Source of the DNA: an uncultured Pseudomonadota bacterium
GTDB lineage: Bacteria > Pseudomonadota > Alphaproteobacteria > Rs-D84
Direction: 5' to 3'
DNA: 32,000 bases
Assembly: GCA_902774305.1 (NCBI GenBank)
Contig: CACYHY010000006.1
Span: 5,649 to 37,648 of the forward strand
Shown here: piece by piece, positions 7,301 to 17,120 of the stretch
Layout: each line of letters starts with the position of its first letter
Position numbering within the stretch: position 1 is the first letter of the stretch
Position numbers and translations under genes: made by a program
The notes under the pieces: generated by a model
Database searches by the model: none
What the model was told of the DNA's origin: nothing
The model's input: only the letters and a program-made list of their open reading frames with translations

Positions 7301-8329
7301 TTATTTATAAGGGTCTTCATATTTTTTAGACAATTCAGCAATGTTTTCTGGTGGCCATCCTGGTACTTCCATACCCAAACCTAAACCCATTGCTTCCAAT
7401 TGGATTTTGATTTCGTTCAAAGACTTACGACCAAAGTTTGGTGTTTTCAACATATCTGCTTCGGTCTTTTGAACCAATTCACCCAACCAATTGATTTTGT
7501 CATTCTTCAAACAGTTGTTTGCACGAACAGACAATTCCAATTCATCAACATGCTTTAACAATTTTGGATCAAATGGCAAAGCATCTTTGACTTTATCTTC
7601 GTCTGATGGTGCATTAACCTGTGCAGGATCTTCAAAGTTGATAAATACAACCAATTGATCCGTCAAAATGCGTGCCGCAAAAGCAATTGCATCTTCTGGT
7701 GTAACTGAACCATTTGTTTTAACAGTCAATTCCAATTTGTCATAATCTGTGGATTGACCAACACGTGTTTGTGAAACCGCAGACGAAACATTCAAAATTG
7801 GTGAAAAGATAGAATCAACAGGAATCACACCCAATGGCAAGTCAACATCATGTGCATTCGCAGCAACATAACCACGACCAGAATCCAATGTGATTTCCAT
7901 ATCGAAAGTTGCATCTTTATCCAAAGTGCAAATTTCAACATCTTTATTCATAACCTCGACACCGCCAGTTGTTTCAATCATACCAGCTGTAACAACGACT
8001 GGGCCTTTGGCTTTAATCATTGCCTTGTGTTGACCTTCGGTCAATGCTTTGAAATAAACACCCTTCAAATTCAAAATAATGTCAGAGATATCTTCACGAA
8101 CACCAGGCAAGCTGCTGAATTCGTGTTGAACACCATCAATCTTGATATATACAGGTGCACATCCTTGCAAAGAAGACAACAATACACGACGTAATGCTGT
8201 TCCCAAAGTTAAACCAAAACCTTTTTCCAAAGGTTCAGCGATTAAAGTTGCAATATTTGGATTTTTTTCATCGACTTTGATATTCAATTTTTTTGGCTTA
8301 ATCAAAGTCATCCAGTTTTTTTCAATCAT
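7301..8329 (-). CDS. rpoA: DNA-directed RNA polymerase subunit alpha
   Basis: 342 aa. N-terminal ...[14 protein letters not shown]... and C-terminal ...[11 protein letters not shown]... motifs. Positioned between rpsK and rplQ. Confidence 0.97.
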   Translation of the reverse strand: MIEKNWMTLIKPKKLNIKVDEKNPNIATLIAEPLEKGFGLTLGTALRRVLLSSLQGCAPVYIKIDGVQHEFSSLPGVREDISDIILNLKGVYFKALTEGQHKAMIKAKGPVVVTAGMIETTGGVEVMNKDVEICTLDKDATFDMEITLDSGRGYVAANAHDVDLPLGVIPVDSIFSPILNVSSAVSQTRVGQSTDYDKLELTVKTNGSVTPEDAIAFAARILTDQLVVFINFEDPAQVNAPSDEDKVKDALPFDPKLLKHVDELELSVRANNCLKNDKINWLGELVQKTEADMLKTPNFGRKSLNEIKIQLEAMGLGLGMEVPGWPPENIAELSKKYEDPYK

Positions 8330-8410
8330 ATTTTCTCCATTCGGCTTAGTTTATTATTTTCGCCAATCGGCACGCACCAAAAAACCAATATTTCCAATGC
8401 GTGCATAGAT

Positions 8411-8437
8411 TTTATACCGCCAAAATAAAAAAGTCAA
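8411..8437 (-). promoter_or_regulatory. Candidate internal promoter for rpoA-rplQ
   Basis: Minus strand TTGACT (8437-8432), 15 nt, TATAAA (8416-8411), immediately downstream of the rpsK terminator. The spacer is short. Confidence 0.35.
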
Positions 8438-8440
8438 CAA

Positions 8441-8479
8441 AAACAAACAAAAAAATCTGCCATTTTGGCAGATTTTTTC
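8441..8479 (-). terminator. Rho-independent terminator/attenuator between rpsK and rpoA
   Basis: Minus strand AUCUGCCA-AAAU-UGGCAGAU (8 bp, 8474-8455) followed by UUUUUUGUUUGUUU. It begins about 20 nt after the rpsK stop. Confidence 0.6.
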
Positions 8480-8495
8480 ATATTGCAGTGATGTA

Positions 8496-8879
8496 TTACA
8501 CACGACGCACTTTCTTTGGACGGCACCCGTTGTGTGGAATACGTGTTGTATCAGTAATACTTTGCACAATCAAACCCGCATTTGCCAAACCACGAACAGC
8601 GGATTCACGACCTTGACCAATACCACGCATTAAAACATCAACTGTTTTCATACCCATTTCTGCAACTTTTTTACCAACCGCGTCAGCGACAACTGTTGCA
8701 GCATAAGGGGTAGATTTTTTTGCACCCTTAAAATTATTAGCACCCGCTGTGGCCCATGTTAAAACAGCGCCAGTTGGGTCTGTAATTGTAATACGTGTAT
8801 TGTTATTTGTAGCAACGACATGTGCAATGCCATGTGATACTTTTTTTACAACTTTCTTTTTTGATTTAGTAACTGCCAT
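8496..8879 (-). CDS. rpsK: 30S ribosomal protein S11
   Basis: 127 aa; ...GIAHVVATNNNTRITITD... and the C-terminal ...TDTTRIPHNGCRPKKVRRV. Confidence 0.97.
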   Translation of the reverse strand: MAVTKSKKKVVKKVSHGIAHVVATNNNTRITITDPTGAVLTWATAGANNFKGAKKSTPYAATVVADAVGKKVAEMGMKTVDVLMRGIGQGRESAVRGLANAGLIVQSITDTTRIPHNGCRPKKVRRV

Positions 8880-8940
8880 TTTTTTACCTTTATTTAGATG
8901 TCTTCAATTAACTATCGTGTTAATCTCTACCTATGTTAAA

Positions 8941-9318
8941 TTATTTACCCTTAGTCGCAGATCCAGCAACCACAACACGTTTACCTTTACGTGTTCTGGC
9001 ATTTGTCTGGGTACGTTGACCACGAACCGGCAAACGGTTACGGTGACGAACACCGCGGTATGTTTTCAAATCTTGCAGACGTTTGATGTTCATTGCAACT
9101 TCACGACGAACATCGCCTTCTACCTTAAAGTTTTGTTCAATGTAATTAGAAATTTTGATAACATCTTCGTCAGTCAAATCTTTCGCGCGCAAACCATCTT
9201 TCAATTTCAACGCAGCGCAAACCTGAACAGCTTTTGCTGGGCCGATACCATGGATGTATGTCAACGCAACTTCGATGCGTTTTTCTGATGGGATGTTAAC
9301 ACCTGCTATACGTGCCAT
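8941..9318 (-). CDS. rpsM: 30S ribosomal protein S13
   Basis: 125 aa; [10 protein letters not shown]...[26 protein letters not shown]. Confidence 0.97.
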   Translation of the reverse strand: MARIAGVNIPSEKRIEVALTYIHGIGPAKAVQVCAALKLKDGLRAKDLTDEDVIKISNYIEQNFKVEGDVRREVAMNIKRLQDLKTYRGVRHRNRLPVRGQRTQTNARTRKGKRVVVAGSATKGK

Positions 9319-9376
9319 CTTATATTTTCCTTTTTTATTTAACTTTGAACGAATTTACTTCGTCCGATTACTTTCC

Positions 9377-9401
9377 AAAATCTTGGGGTGCCCAAAATTT
9401 T
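9377..9401 (-). promoter_or_regulatory. Hairpin in the secY-rpsM spacer (leader or weak terminator)
   Basis: Minus strand AAAAUUUUGGG-cac-CCCAAGAUUUU, 11 bp including one G-U. Confidence 0.35.
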
Positions 9402-9421
9402 GTTTTTGATTTCGCCTGTTT

Positions 9422-9449
9422 ATATTATATCAAAACAGACAAAAGTCAA
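9422..9449 (-). promoter_or_regulatory. Candidate promoter upstream of rpsM
   Basis: Minus strand TTGACT (9449-9444), 16 nt, TAATAT (9427-9422). A TATAAT is also present at 14-nt spacing. Confidence 0.3.
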
Positions 9450-9466
9450 ATCTTGTTTGTTGTTTC

Positions 9467-10813
9467 CTAACCGCGGAAACGACCTTGCCTGTGTGTTTTT
9501 TGAACAACACCGCTATATTGTTTTGCAACCAAGTATGATTGAACCTGATTCATAGTATCCAATACCACACCAGCCACGATCAATACACTGGTTCCACCAA
9601 TTACCAAAGGCATACCCGCATGAGTATTCAAGATAATTGGAATAACGCAAACAACAATCAGATAACAAACACCAATTGCAGTTGTTCTGGACACAACAGC
9701 ATCCAAATAAGTTTGTGTTTGTTCACCAGGACGAACACCTGGAATATATCCACCAGCATTTCTTAAATTATTACTGGTCTCTTCAGAATTAAATACCACA
9801 GCAGTTTGGAAGTATGCAAAGAATACAATCAACACTGTGTACAATATGATGTATGACCATGCACCATATGTAAAGAATCCGATAATAGATTGCACAACCA
9901 AACTATCACTTTGTGCAAATCTTTGGATAAACGCAGGTAACATCATAATAGATGCAGCAAACACAGGTCCCATAACACCAGACATATTCACTTTAATTGG
10001 TAAATATGAAGCATTAGTATTCACAACACCATTTGCCATAACCTGACGAGGATATAAAATTTGAATACGACGTTGTGCCTGTTCAAAGAAAGCGATTAAA
10101 GCAACAATACCCACAACAAATGCGACTATTAACATAATCATTGTTGGTGATACCTGCCCAACACTACCCAACGAGAACAATTTACCAATTCCAGATGGAA
10201 CTTCGGCGATAATACCCGCAAAAATCAACAGCGATGCACCCTGTCCTACACCACGTGCAGTAATCTGTTCGGCCAACCACATAACAAATACAGTTCCACC
10301 GACCAGCGCAATCAATGCTGTTAATTCAAATGACCAACCTGGATTTACCACTGCAGGCACACCATTAACCGGTGCCATAGATTCCAATCCACGAATAACC
10401 GCCCAACCTTGAACAACAGCCAACACAACCGCCAAATAACGAGTGTACTGATTAATTTTGATACGACCAGATTCACCCTCTTTACGCAAATCTGTCAATG
10501 ATTTGCTGGTTGCTGTTAACAATTGCAAAACGATGGATGCAGAAATGTATGGAAAAATATTCAATGCTAAAACAGACATACGGGATAAAGATCCACCCGC
10601 AAACATATCGAACATTCCCAGCATTCCACTGCCTTCGCCTTGGAACAAGTGTAAAACAGCCGAAGCATTAACACCTGGTAATGGAATAAAAGAACCGATA
10701 CGGTAAACAATCAAAGCGCCCAACGTAAATAAAATACGTTTCTGCAAATCTGTCAGATTTTTGAAAAAGTTTTTTATTGCTCTCATCGCTTTACTTTTTT
10801 GAATTGGATTCAT
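9467..10813 (-). CDS. secY: Preprotein translocase subunit SecY
   Basis: 448 aa, multi-TM; ...RILFTLGALIVYRIGSFIPLPGVN... signature. It follows rplO. The alternative start at M10 is not excluded. Confidence 0.95.
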   Translation of the reverse strand: MNPIQKSKAMRAIKNFFKNLTDLQKRILFTLGALIVYRIGSFIPLPGVNASAVLHLFQGEGSGMLGMFDMFAGGSLSRMSVLALNIFPYISASIVLQLLTATSKSLTDLRKEGESGRIKINQYTRYLAVVLAVVQGWAVIRGLESMAPVNGVPAVVNPGWSFELTALIALVGGTVFVMWLAEQITARGVGQGASLLIFAGIIAEVPSGIGKLFSLGSVGQVSPTMIMLIVAFVVGIVALIAFFEQAQRRIQILYPRQVMANGVVNTNASYLPIKVNMSGVMGPVFAASIMMLPAFIQRFAQSDSLVVQSIIGFFTYGAWSYIILYTVLIVFFAYFQTAVVFNSEETSNNLRNAGGYIPGVRPGEQTQTYLDAVVSRTTAIGVCYLIVVCVIPIILNTHAGMPLVIGGTSVLIVAGVVLDTMNQVQSYLVAKQYSGVVQKTHRQGRFRG

Positions 10814-10839
10814 GCCCCAGAATACAATATTCTAGGGGC
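10814..10839 (-). promoter_or_regulatory. Hairpin abutting the secY start codon
   Basis: Minus strand GCCCC-u-AGAAUA-uug-UAUUCU-GGGGC (11 bp, one bulge). The 3' arm ends 1 nt before the ATG at 10813. Confidence 0.45.
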
Positions 10840-10852
10840 ATCGAATAAATTA

Positions 10853-11311
10853 TTATTTATTAGAAATTTTTCCACCTGCTTTCACAATTGCTTCTTCAGC
10901 AGCTTTGGACCATTTATCAGCAACAACAGTCACAGCTGTTTTAATTTCGCCTTTGGCCAAAACTTTCAATCCAGATAATTTACGATTGATAATTTTTGCA
11001 GCCAACAAAGAATCCATTGTGATAGTAGATTTTGCATCAATTTTACCACTCGCGATAAACTTTTCGATATCACCTAAATTGATTGTTACATATTCTTTCG
11101 CAAAAGGATTTGTAAAACCAAATTTTGGGAAACGACGCAAGATTGGCATTTGACCACCCTGGAAAGTTGCTTGTTTACGAGACCCCGCACGAGCCTTTTG
11201 ACCTTTGGTTCCACGACCGCAAGTTTTACCATAACCACAAGCCAAACCACGACCAACGCGTTTAACGTCTTTACGTGCACCCATATTATCCATCAATGCA
11301 TTTAATTTCAT
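10853..11311 (-). CDS. rplO: 50S ribosomal protein L15
   Basis: 152 aa; ...GRGLACGYGKTCGRGTKGQKARAG... Confidence 0.95.
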   Translation of the reverse strand: MKLNALMDNMGARKDVKRVGRGLACGYGKTCGRGTKGQKARAGSRKQATFQGGQMPILRRFPKFGFTNPFAKEYVTINLGDIEKFIASGKIDAKSTITMDSLLAAKIINRKLSGLKVLAKGEIKTAVTVVADKWSKAAEEAIVKAGGKISNK

Positions 11312-11332
11312 TTTTTTTCCTTTTTGTCCTAC

Positions 11333-11377
11333 GACTATACATATAGTCTATGTCGCACATAATACAAGATTATGTAC
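11333..11377 (-). promoter_or_regulatory. Two adjacent hairpins in the 81-nt rpmD-rplO spacer
   Basis: GACTATA/TATAGTC (11333-11348). GUACAUAAU-cuugu-AUUAUGUGC (11377-11355) contains a U-G pair that is valid only in the minus-strand RNA. Confidence 0.4.
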
Positions 11378-11392
11378 TCGGTTTTATTTTAA

Positions 11393-11572
11393 TTATTTTT
11401 CAACGATTTCAACAAGGTGTGAAACACGTGCAACCATGCCACGCACACTTTCTGTATCATTGACTTCTTTTGTTTTGCCAATACGGCCCAAACCCAAAGC
11501 AGCGACAATTTTACGCTGATATTCTGGGCGACCGATAATGCTTTTTACTTGTTTTACAATTATTTTAGCCAT
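11393..11572 (-). CDS. rpmD: 50S ribosomal protein L30
   Basis: ORF trimmed to the ATG at 11572 (MAKIIVKQVKSIIGRP...), with GGAG 7 nt upstream. Confidence 0.9.
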   Translation of the reverse strand: MAKIIVKQVKSIIGRPEYQRKIVAALGLGRIGKTKEVNDTESVRGMVARVSHLVEIVEK

Positions 11573-11597
11573 GTCTATCTCCATTTATTACCAGCAA

Positions 11598-12155
11598 TTA
11601 TTTTTCTTCTTCTGCTTTTTCTAATTTTTTGCCATCACGACCTGCGATGATTTCAGCAACTGTTTTACCACGACGTGCAGCAACAGTTTTTGGAGAATTC
11701 ATTTTCGCAAATGCCAAGAAAGCAGCTCTGATCATATTGTTTGGATTATTTGAACCTTGGGATTTAACCACAACGTCTTGAACGCCCAAACATTCAAATA
11801 CAGAACGTAAAGCACCACCAGCGATAATACCAGTACCAGGAACAGCACTACGTACAACCAATTTACTTGCACCGTATTTAGAAGAAATATCATGGTGTAA
11901 TGTACGACCTTCTTTCAAAGGAACTCTAATCATTTTTGCTTTTGCAGCCTTGGTTGCTTTTTGAACTGCACTTTGTACTTCCAAAGCTTTACCTTTACCA
12001 AAACCGACACGACCTGCTTTATCTCCAACAACGACCAATGCGCTGAAAGACATATTACGACCGCCCTTCACGGTTTTAGAAACACGGTTGATAGAAACTA
12101 ATTTATCTACCAAGTTATCTGTTTGCAATTTTTTATCATCAAAACGTGCCATCAT
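11598..12155 (-). CDS. rpsE: 30S ribosomal protein S5
   Basis: 185 aa; ...[24 protein letters not shown]... Confidence 0.96.
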   Translation of the reverse strand: MMARFDDKKLQTDNLVDKLVSINRVSKTVKGGRNMSFSALVVVGDKAGRVGFGKGKALEVQSAVQKATKAAKAKMIRVPLKEGRTLHHDISSKYGASKLVVRSAVPGTGIIAGGALRSVFECLGVQDVVVKSQGSNNPNNMIRAAFLAFAKMNSPKTVAARRGKTVAEIIAGRDGKKLEKAEEEK

Positions 12156-12169
12156 AAATCTCCGTTTTA

Positions 12170-12526
12170 TTAAATTCTAACACCACCTGCGCGAATCGCT
12201 TCACACAGAGCTTTTACACGACCATGATAACGAAAACCACCACGGTCAAAATAACAGTTGTCTGCAATACCGGCTTTCACGACACGTTCAGCAAATGTTT
12301 TGCCTACTAATTCTGCACCAGCAACATTCCAACCTTTGCCAGCAAAGCCTTTTTCTTTACTTGATGCTGCACACAATGTATGGCCACGTGTATCATCAAT
12401 CGCCTGAACTTCGATATGACGTCCAGAACGAAAAACAGATAAACGAATTTTACCAGGATTTTTTCTTTTCAACGCACCGCGATTCGCCAAAGTACGTCTT
12501 TCACCCGAAGTCAAATGTTTTAACAT
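12170..12526 (-). CDS. rplR: 50S ribosomal protein L18
   Basis: Trimmed to the ATG at 12526 ([11 protein letters not shown]...), AAGGA upstream; ...[15 protein letters not shown]... Confidence 0.93.
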   Translation of the reverse strand: MLKHLTSGERRTLANRGALKRKNPGKIRLSVFRSGRHIEVQAIDDTRGHTLCAASSKEKGFAGKGWNVAGAELVGKTFAERVVKAGIADNCYFDRGGFRYHGRVKALCEAIRAGGVRI

Positions 12527-12576
12527 TTTTTGTCCTTTTGTTTCGATTCCCGTAACAGCGGAAACCATCTTATTTA

Positions 12577-13128
12577 TTATTTCTTTTTACCTTCTTTACG
12601 GCGGATATTTTCACCCTTATAGAAGATACCTTTACCTTTATATGGATCTGCTTTACGGATTTTGTGAATCTTGTCCGCAAACAGCCCCAACAAGCATTTA
12701 TCAATTCCACTGATTGTAAATTCAGTTGGTTTTTCACCCATTTTTACAGAAAGTCCTTCTGGAATTTCCATAACCACATCATGAGAAAAACCTACAACCA
12801 ATGTAAATTTGTTGCCACTGACCGATGCTTTATAACCAACACCGTTCATATACATATCTTTTGAAAAGCCTTTTGATACACCTTCTACCGCAGACTTGAT
12901 ATTGCGAGTCATAGTTCCCCACATAGCGCGAGAAGTTTTATCTTCAGAATCTTTTGGTGTGACAACGATACTGCCGTCTTTGATTTCAACATCAACCAAA
13001 TGCGAATTTTTTGTATCCAACAGAACTTTCAATTCACCTTTTGGACCTTTTACAACCACAGCATTGTCTTTGATTTCCGCAGACACGCCGTCTTGTAATT
13101 TAACTGGATATTTTCCTGCACGAGACAT
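12577..13128 (-). CDS. rplF: 50S ribosomal protein L6
   Basis: Trimmed to the ATG at 13128 (MSRAGKYPVKL...), AAGGA upstream; C-terminal ...PYKGKGIFYKGE... Confidence 0.93.
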   Translation of the reverse strand: MSRAGKYPVKLQDGVSAEIKDNAVVVKGPKGELKVLLDTKNSHLVDVEIKDGSIVVTPKDSEDKTSRAMWGTMTRNIKSAVEGVSKGFSKDMYMNGVGYKASVSGNKFTLVVGFSHDVVMEIPEGLSVKMGEKPTEFTISGIDKCLLGLFADKIHKIRKADPYKGKGIFYKGENIRRKEGKKK

Positions 13129-13147
13129 TTCTTCATCCTTATTTCTA

Positions 13148-13546
13148 TTAGATAACCTTGCACAATACTTCGCCACCAACATTCATCAAGCGTGCTTTGT
13201 GATCAGTCATAACGCCATGAGGTGTAGAAACAATTGCGATACCCAAACCATTCAAAACTCTTGGCATTTTTGCACAACCTGAATAAACACGACGACCAGG
13301 TCTGGACACAACTGCAATTTCTTGGATTGCGCCATTTCCGCCATTGTATTTCAATTCAATAATCAAATTAGAACGATGTTCGTCAATTTGTTCTTTGCGA
13401 AAATCAGTGATGAAACCTTCATCCTTCAAAACAGTCAAAACTGCTGCACGCAATTTGCTGTTTGGGACAGTTACAAATTCTTTACCGGCTGCTTGACCAT
13501 TACGAATACGAGTCAGCATATCTCCGATTGGGTGTGATAATGACAT
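13148..13546 (-). CDS. rpsH: 30S ribosomal protein S8
   Basis: Trimmed to the ATG at 13546 (MSLSHPIGDMLTRIRNG...), GGAG upstream. Confidence 0.95.
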   Translation of the reverse strand: MSLSHPIGDMLTRIRNGQAAGKEFVTVPNSKLRAAVLTVLKDEGFITDFRKEQIDEHRSNLIIELKYNGGNGAIQEIAVVSRPGRRVYSGCAKMPRVLNGLGIAIVSTPHGVMTDHKARLMNVGGEVLCKVI

Positions 13547-13619
13547 CTTTTTACTCCTTGTTTGTGGATAATTCCACATTCAACCCCAGCTGCATTGTCC
13601 ACAACTGGTATTCTTGTTT

Positions 13620-13922
13620 TTACCAACTAGATTTACGTACGCCTGGCAATTTGCCTTCGGATGCCATTGTACGAACTTGTTGACGGCACAAACCAAACAT
13701 ACGTGAATAACCACGTGCACGGCCAGTTACCGAACAACGATTATGCAAACGTGTTGGATTAGCATTGCGTGGCAATTTTGCCAATTTTTTCATTGCTTCC
13801 ATACGTTCGTCTGGTGTTGCATTAACAGACATTTTTTCTTTGATTGCAGCACGCTTTTTAGCATATTTTGCAACCAATTGTTCGCGTCTGTGTTGCTTGT
13901 TAATCAATGATAATTTAGCCAT
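13620..13922 (-). CDS. rpsN: 30S ribosomal protein S14 (long form)
   Basis: 100 aa; ...RLHNRCSVTGRARGYSRMFGLCR..., ends KSSW. Confidence 0.95.
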   Translation of the reverse strand: MAKLSLINKQHRREQLVAKYAKKRAAIKEKMSVNATPDERMEAMKKLAKLPRNANPTRLHNRCSVTGRARGYSRMFGLCRQQVRTMASEGKLPGVRKSSW

Positions 13923-13939
13923 CTTTTTTCCTTACTGCT

Positions 13940-14485
13940 TTATTTCAAAACCAATGGCAAGCCGATTTTTGTCAGCAATGCACGAGCTTCGTCATCTGTT
14001 TTTGCTGTTGTTGCAATGACAATATCCATACCACGGATAGAATCAATTTTATCAACAGAAATTTCTGGGAAGATTAAGTGTTCTTTGATACCAAATGCGT
14101 AATTTCCACGACCATCAAATTTAGATTTTGACAATCCACGAAAATCCTTTACACGTGGCAAAGCAACTGTAATCAATTTATCCAAGAAATCATACATTCT
14201 TTTACCGCGCAATGTAACCTTGGTACCAATAGCCTGACCTTCACGCAAACGATATGTAGCAATTGACTTTTTCGCATGCGTAACCACAGGTTTCTGGGCA
14301 GCAATAGCTGTTAAATCAACAACTGCTGCATCCAATTTCTTTTTATCAGACACTGCTTCACCAACGCCCATGTTCAAAACAATTTTATCAAGTTTTGGCA
14401 CAGCCAGTGCATTTGTATAGCCGAATTCTTTTACCAATTCTGGCACAACTTGTTTTTCATAAAATTCACGCAATCTACTTTGCAT
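13940..14485 (-). CDS. rplE: 50S ribosomal protein L5
   Basis: 181 aa; ...[11 protein letters not shown]...[18 protein letters not shown]... Confidence 0.96.
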   Translation of the reverse strand: MQSRLREFYEKQVVPELVKEFGYTNALAVPKLDKIVLNMGVGEAVSDKKKLDAAVVDLTAIAAQKPVVTHAKKSIATYRLREGQAIGTKVTLRGKRMYDFLDKLITVALPRVKDFRGLSKSKFDGRGNYAFGIKEHLIFPEISVDKIDSIRGMDIVIATTAKTDDEARALLTKIGLPLVLK

Positions 14486-14532
14486 TTTTTTATCCCCTAT
14501 TCTTGTCTCCGTAACAGCGGAAACGATTAGTT

Positions 14533-14835
14533 TTATAATTCTGTTCCAGACTTTTTAGAAACACGAACCTTTTTATCACCCTTCATTGTGTATCCAACAC
14601 GAGTTGCTTTCTTTGTTTTTGGATCAACCAAAGCAACATTAGATACATGAATTGGTGCTTCGCGGTCAATAATATGACCTGCTTGTTCTTGTGTTGGTTT
14701 GATGTGCCATTTGTGACGATTGACACCTTCGACAACAACACGTGATTCTGCTGGACGCGCCTCTAACACTTTGCCTTTGACGCCTTTGTATTTTCCTGAA
14801 ATAACTACGACTTCATCGCCTTTTTTAATTTTCAT
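14533..14835 (-). CDS. rplX: 50S ribosomal protein L24
   Basis: 100 aa; [18 protein letters not shown] (KOW motif). Confidence 0.95.
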   Translation of the reverse strand: MKIKKGDEVVVISGKYKGVKGKVLEARPAESRVVVEGVNRHKWHIKPTQEQAGHIIDREAPIHVSNVALVDPKTKKATRVGYTMKGDKKVRVSKKSGTEL

Positions 14836-14855
14836 CTTTCAGTCCTTTGAATCTA

Positions 14856-15230
14856 TTAAATAACTTCTGGTGCCAAAGACACAATCTTTTGAACATCATA
14901 TTTACGACGAACTTCACGTGCAATAGGTCCAAAAATACGTGTTCCAATTGGTTCAAAATTATTTTTGTTAATCAAAACAACCGCATTATCATCAAAGCGG
15001 ATTATTGAACCATCTGGACGTTTTACTGGGAATTTTGTTCTAACGATAATAGCACGTTGAACTGTTCCCTTTTGAACTTTTCCACGTGGAATTGCTTCCT
15101 TAATAGCGACAACAATTTTGTCGCCAACTGTTGCATAACGACGATGTGAACCGCCCAAAACTTTGATGCACATAGCCTTACGTGCGCCAGAGTTATCAGC
15201 AACTGTCATAACTGTTTCATTCTGAATCAT
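14856..15230 (-). CDS. rplN: 50S ribosomal protein L14
   Basis: Trimmed to the ATG at 15230 ([28 protein letters not shown]...), AAGGT upstream. Confidence 0.96.
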   Translation of the reverse strand: MIQNETVMTVADNSGARKAMCIKVLGGSHRRYATVGDKIVVAIKEAIPRGKVQKGTVQRAIIVRTKFPVKRPDGSIIRFDDNAVVLINKNNFEPIGTRIFGPIAREVRRKYDVQKIVSLAPEVI

Positions 15231-15250
15231 TTTTTTACCTTTTTCCTGCA

Positions 15251-15269
15251 CACGGGGCAATCCCCCATG
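15251..15269 (-). promoter_or_regulatory. Hairpin 20 nt upstream of rplN in a GC-rich 102-nt spacer (S10/spc boundary)
   Basis: Minus strand CAUGGGG-gauug-CCCCGUG (7 bp). The U-G pair works only in the minus-strand RNA. Confidence 0.4.
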
Positions 15270-15332
15270 GCTTTGTTAACGGGTCCCGACTGTCATTCGA
15301 CCTCAAAGAACCCACCCTTTTGACCGACAGAT

Positions 15333-15602
15333 TTAGTCAGCCACTTCCACAGAACCATCTTTGGCCACACCAACGCGACCTTTCACAATCCAAGTTTTTG
15401 TCTTGGAAATTGGACGATGTTCTTCAATAGCAACAACGTCGCCAACTTTGTATTCATTAGCTTCGTCATGTGCTTTGTATTTTTTGTTCTGCTTCACAAA
15501 TTTACCGTACAAAGGATGACGAAAACGACGTTCGACTTCAACGACAACCGTTTTATCATTCGCTGTACTTTTAACTGTTCCTTGCAGTATACGTTTTGGC
15601 AT
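15333..15602 (-). CDS. rpsQ: 30S ribosomal protein S17
   Basis: 89 aa; [34 protein letters not shown]... Confidence 0.94.
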   Translation of the reverse strand: MPKRILQGTVKSTANDKTVVVEVERRFRHPLYGKFVKQNKKYKAHDEANEYKVGDVVAIEEHRPISKTKTWIVKGRVGVAKDGSVEVAD

Positions 15603-15629
15603 AACTGTTATTCCTCTATTTTTTTTGTC

Positions 15630-15675
15630 GATTTTGGTTATGATATACTAAAATTTAGAAAAAACAACCAAAATC
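15630..15675. repeat. Perfect 10-bp inverted repeat in the 84-nt rpmC-rpsQ spacer
   Basis: gattttggtt (15630-15639) and aaccaaaatc (15666-15675), separated by 26 nt. Confidence 0.6.
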
Positions 15676-15686
15676 AACATCTATTC

Positions 15687-15881
15687 TTATTTTTTCTCTG
15701 CGTTCAATTTTGTTTTCACGCGAGCAATTTCACGACGGGTTTTGCGCAAAACATGCGTTTTTGGCATTTGGCCAGCCGCCAATTGAAAACGTTGATTCAT
15801 TTGTTCTTTTTTCAAATCAACCAATTTGCTTTCTAATGCTTCACGTGTCAAAGATTCTGATTTTACTTTTTTTTCTGCCAT
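15687..15881 (-). CDS. rpmC: 50S ribosomal protein L29
   Basis: Trimmed to the ATG at 15881 (MAEKKVKSESL...), GGTG 6 nt upstream. Confidence 0.9.
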   Translation of the reverse strand: MAEKKVKSESLTREALESKLVDLKKEQMNQRFQLAAGQMPKTHVLRKTRREIARVKTKLNAEKK

Positions 15882-15895
15882 CTTATTCACCTTTT

Positions 15896-16309
15896 TTAGT
15901 TGATTTTACGTTCAACGATTTTCGTTTTTACAGGTAATTTAGCCGCAGCCAAAGCGAACGCTTCATATGCGATTTCTGGTTTAACACCATCTAATTCGAA
16001 CATGATACGACCTGGTTTAACACGGCATACCCAATATTCAACGGCACCCTTACCTTTACCCATACGAACCTGAGCAGGTTTTGTTGTCACAGGAACATCT
16101 GGGAAAATACGAATCCATAATTTACCCATACGTCTCATATGACGAGTAATAGCACGACGTGCAGCTTCAATCTGACGTGCAGTAACACGTTCAGGGCTCA
16201 TCGCCTTCAGACCAAACGACCCAAAAGCCAATTCACTACCGCCCTTGGCGACACCGTGAATACGACCTTTTTGCAGTTTGCGAAATTTTGTTTTATTTGG
16301 CATTAACAT
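15896..16309 (-). CDS. rplP: 50S ribosomal protein L16
   Basis: 137 aa; [16 protein letters not shown]... Confidence 0.96.
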   Translation of the reverse strand: MLMPNKTKFRKLQKGRIHGVAKGGSELAFGSFGLKAMSPERVTARQIEAARRAITRHMRRMGKLWIRIFPDVPVTTKPAQVRMGKGKGAVEYWVCRVKPGRIMFELDGVKPEIAYEAFALAAAKLPVKTKIVERKIN

Positions 16310-16332
16310 GATTAAAATCCTTTTTTACGATT

Positions 16333-17034
16333 TTATTTGCTTTTTCTTTCGCTTGTGCCGGCATATTCTGTTGGACGCGCCATTTCAGAAGCCAACTTTT
16401 CTTTGTTTACGACATCACCTGTGTAAATCCAAACTTTCACACCGATAACACCGTATGTTGTTTTTGCTTGAATTGAAGCATAGTCAACATCAGCACGCAA
16501 AGTATGTAATGGAATACGACCTTCGCGGATTTGTTCACTACGAGCAATTTCAGCACCGTTCAAACGACCAGAACACATAACCTTGATACCCTGGGCACCA
16601 ACTTTGACGGCATTTTGAACAGCTTTTTTCATTGCGCGTTTGAAAGATACACGGCCTTCGATTTGTTGAGCAATGCCCTGTGCAACCAATTGTGCATTCA
16701 AATCAGGACGACGTACTTCATAGATATTAACGACAACTTGGTCATTTTTAACCAATTTCTTAATATCGTTACGCAACGCTTCGATATCGGCACCATTTTT
16801 ACCGATAATCATACCAGGACGAGATGTGTGAATTGTCACAACAACTTTCTTAGCAAAACGTTCAATAACAACTTTTGCCAAGCCTGCTTTCTTCAATTTC
16901 TTTTCAATAAATTTGCGAATTTTGATATCTTCGGCCAAAAGATTAGCATAATCTTTTTTACCGGCAATCCAACGAGAGTCAGTGACTTTGTTGATAAATT
17001 CGCGTAATGAAATAGGTGATACTTTCTGTCCCAT
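16333..17034 (-). CDS. rpsC: 30S ribosomal protein S3
   Basis: 233 aa; [11 protein letters not shown]... with KH-domain pattern. Confidence 0.96.
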   Translation of the reverse strand: MGQKVSPISLREFINKVTDSRWIAGKKDYANLLAEDIKIRKFIEKKLKKAGLAKVVIERFAKKVVVTIHTSRPGMIIGKNGADIEALRNDIKKLVKNDQVVVNIYEVRRPDLNAQLVAQGIAQQIEGRVSFKRAMKKAVQNAVKVGAQGIKVMCSGRLNGAEIARSEQIREGRIPLHTLRADVDYASIQAKTTYGVIGVKVWIYTGDVVNKEKLASEMARPTEYAGTSERKSK

Positions 17035-17057
17035 TTTTTATTTTCCTTACGTTTATC

Positions 17058-17113
17058 ACAAGTGTTCTTGAAACTTTTCAGTTTTATTCAAGGGTTTCCC
17101 CTATACCACTTGT
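17058..17113 (-). promoter_or_regulatory. Nested inverted repeats in the 86-nt rplV-rpsC spacer
   Basis: acaagtg (17058-17064) / cacttgt (17107-17113) enclosing cttgaa...ttcaag. Confidence 0.4.
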
Positions 17114-17120
17114 CTTTTTC

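Noticed and set aside
9319-9466. A hidden rpmJ, infA or adk remnant in the secY-rpsM spacer.
   Set aside because: There is no ATG-initiated ORF on the minus strand and no recognisable L36, IF1 or Adk peptide in any frame that I could read.
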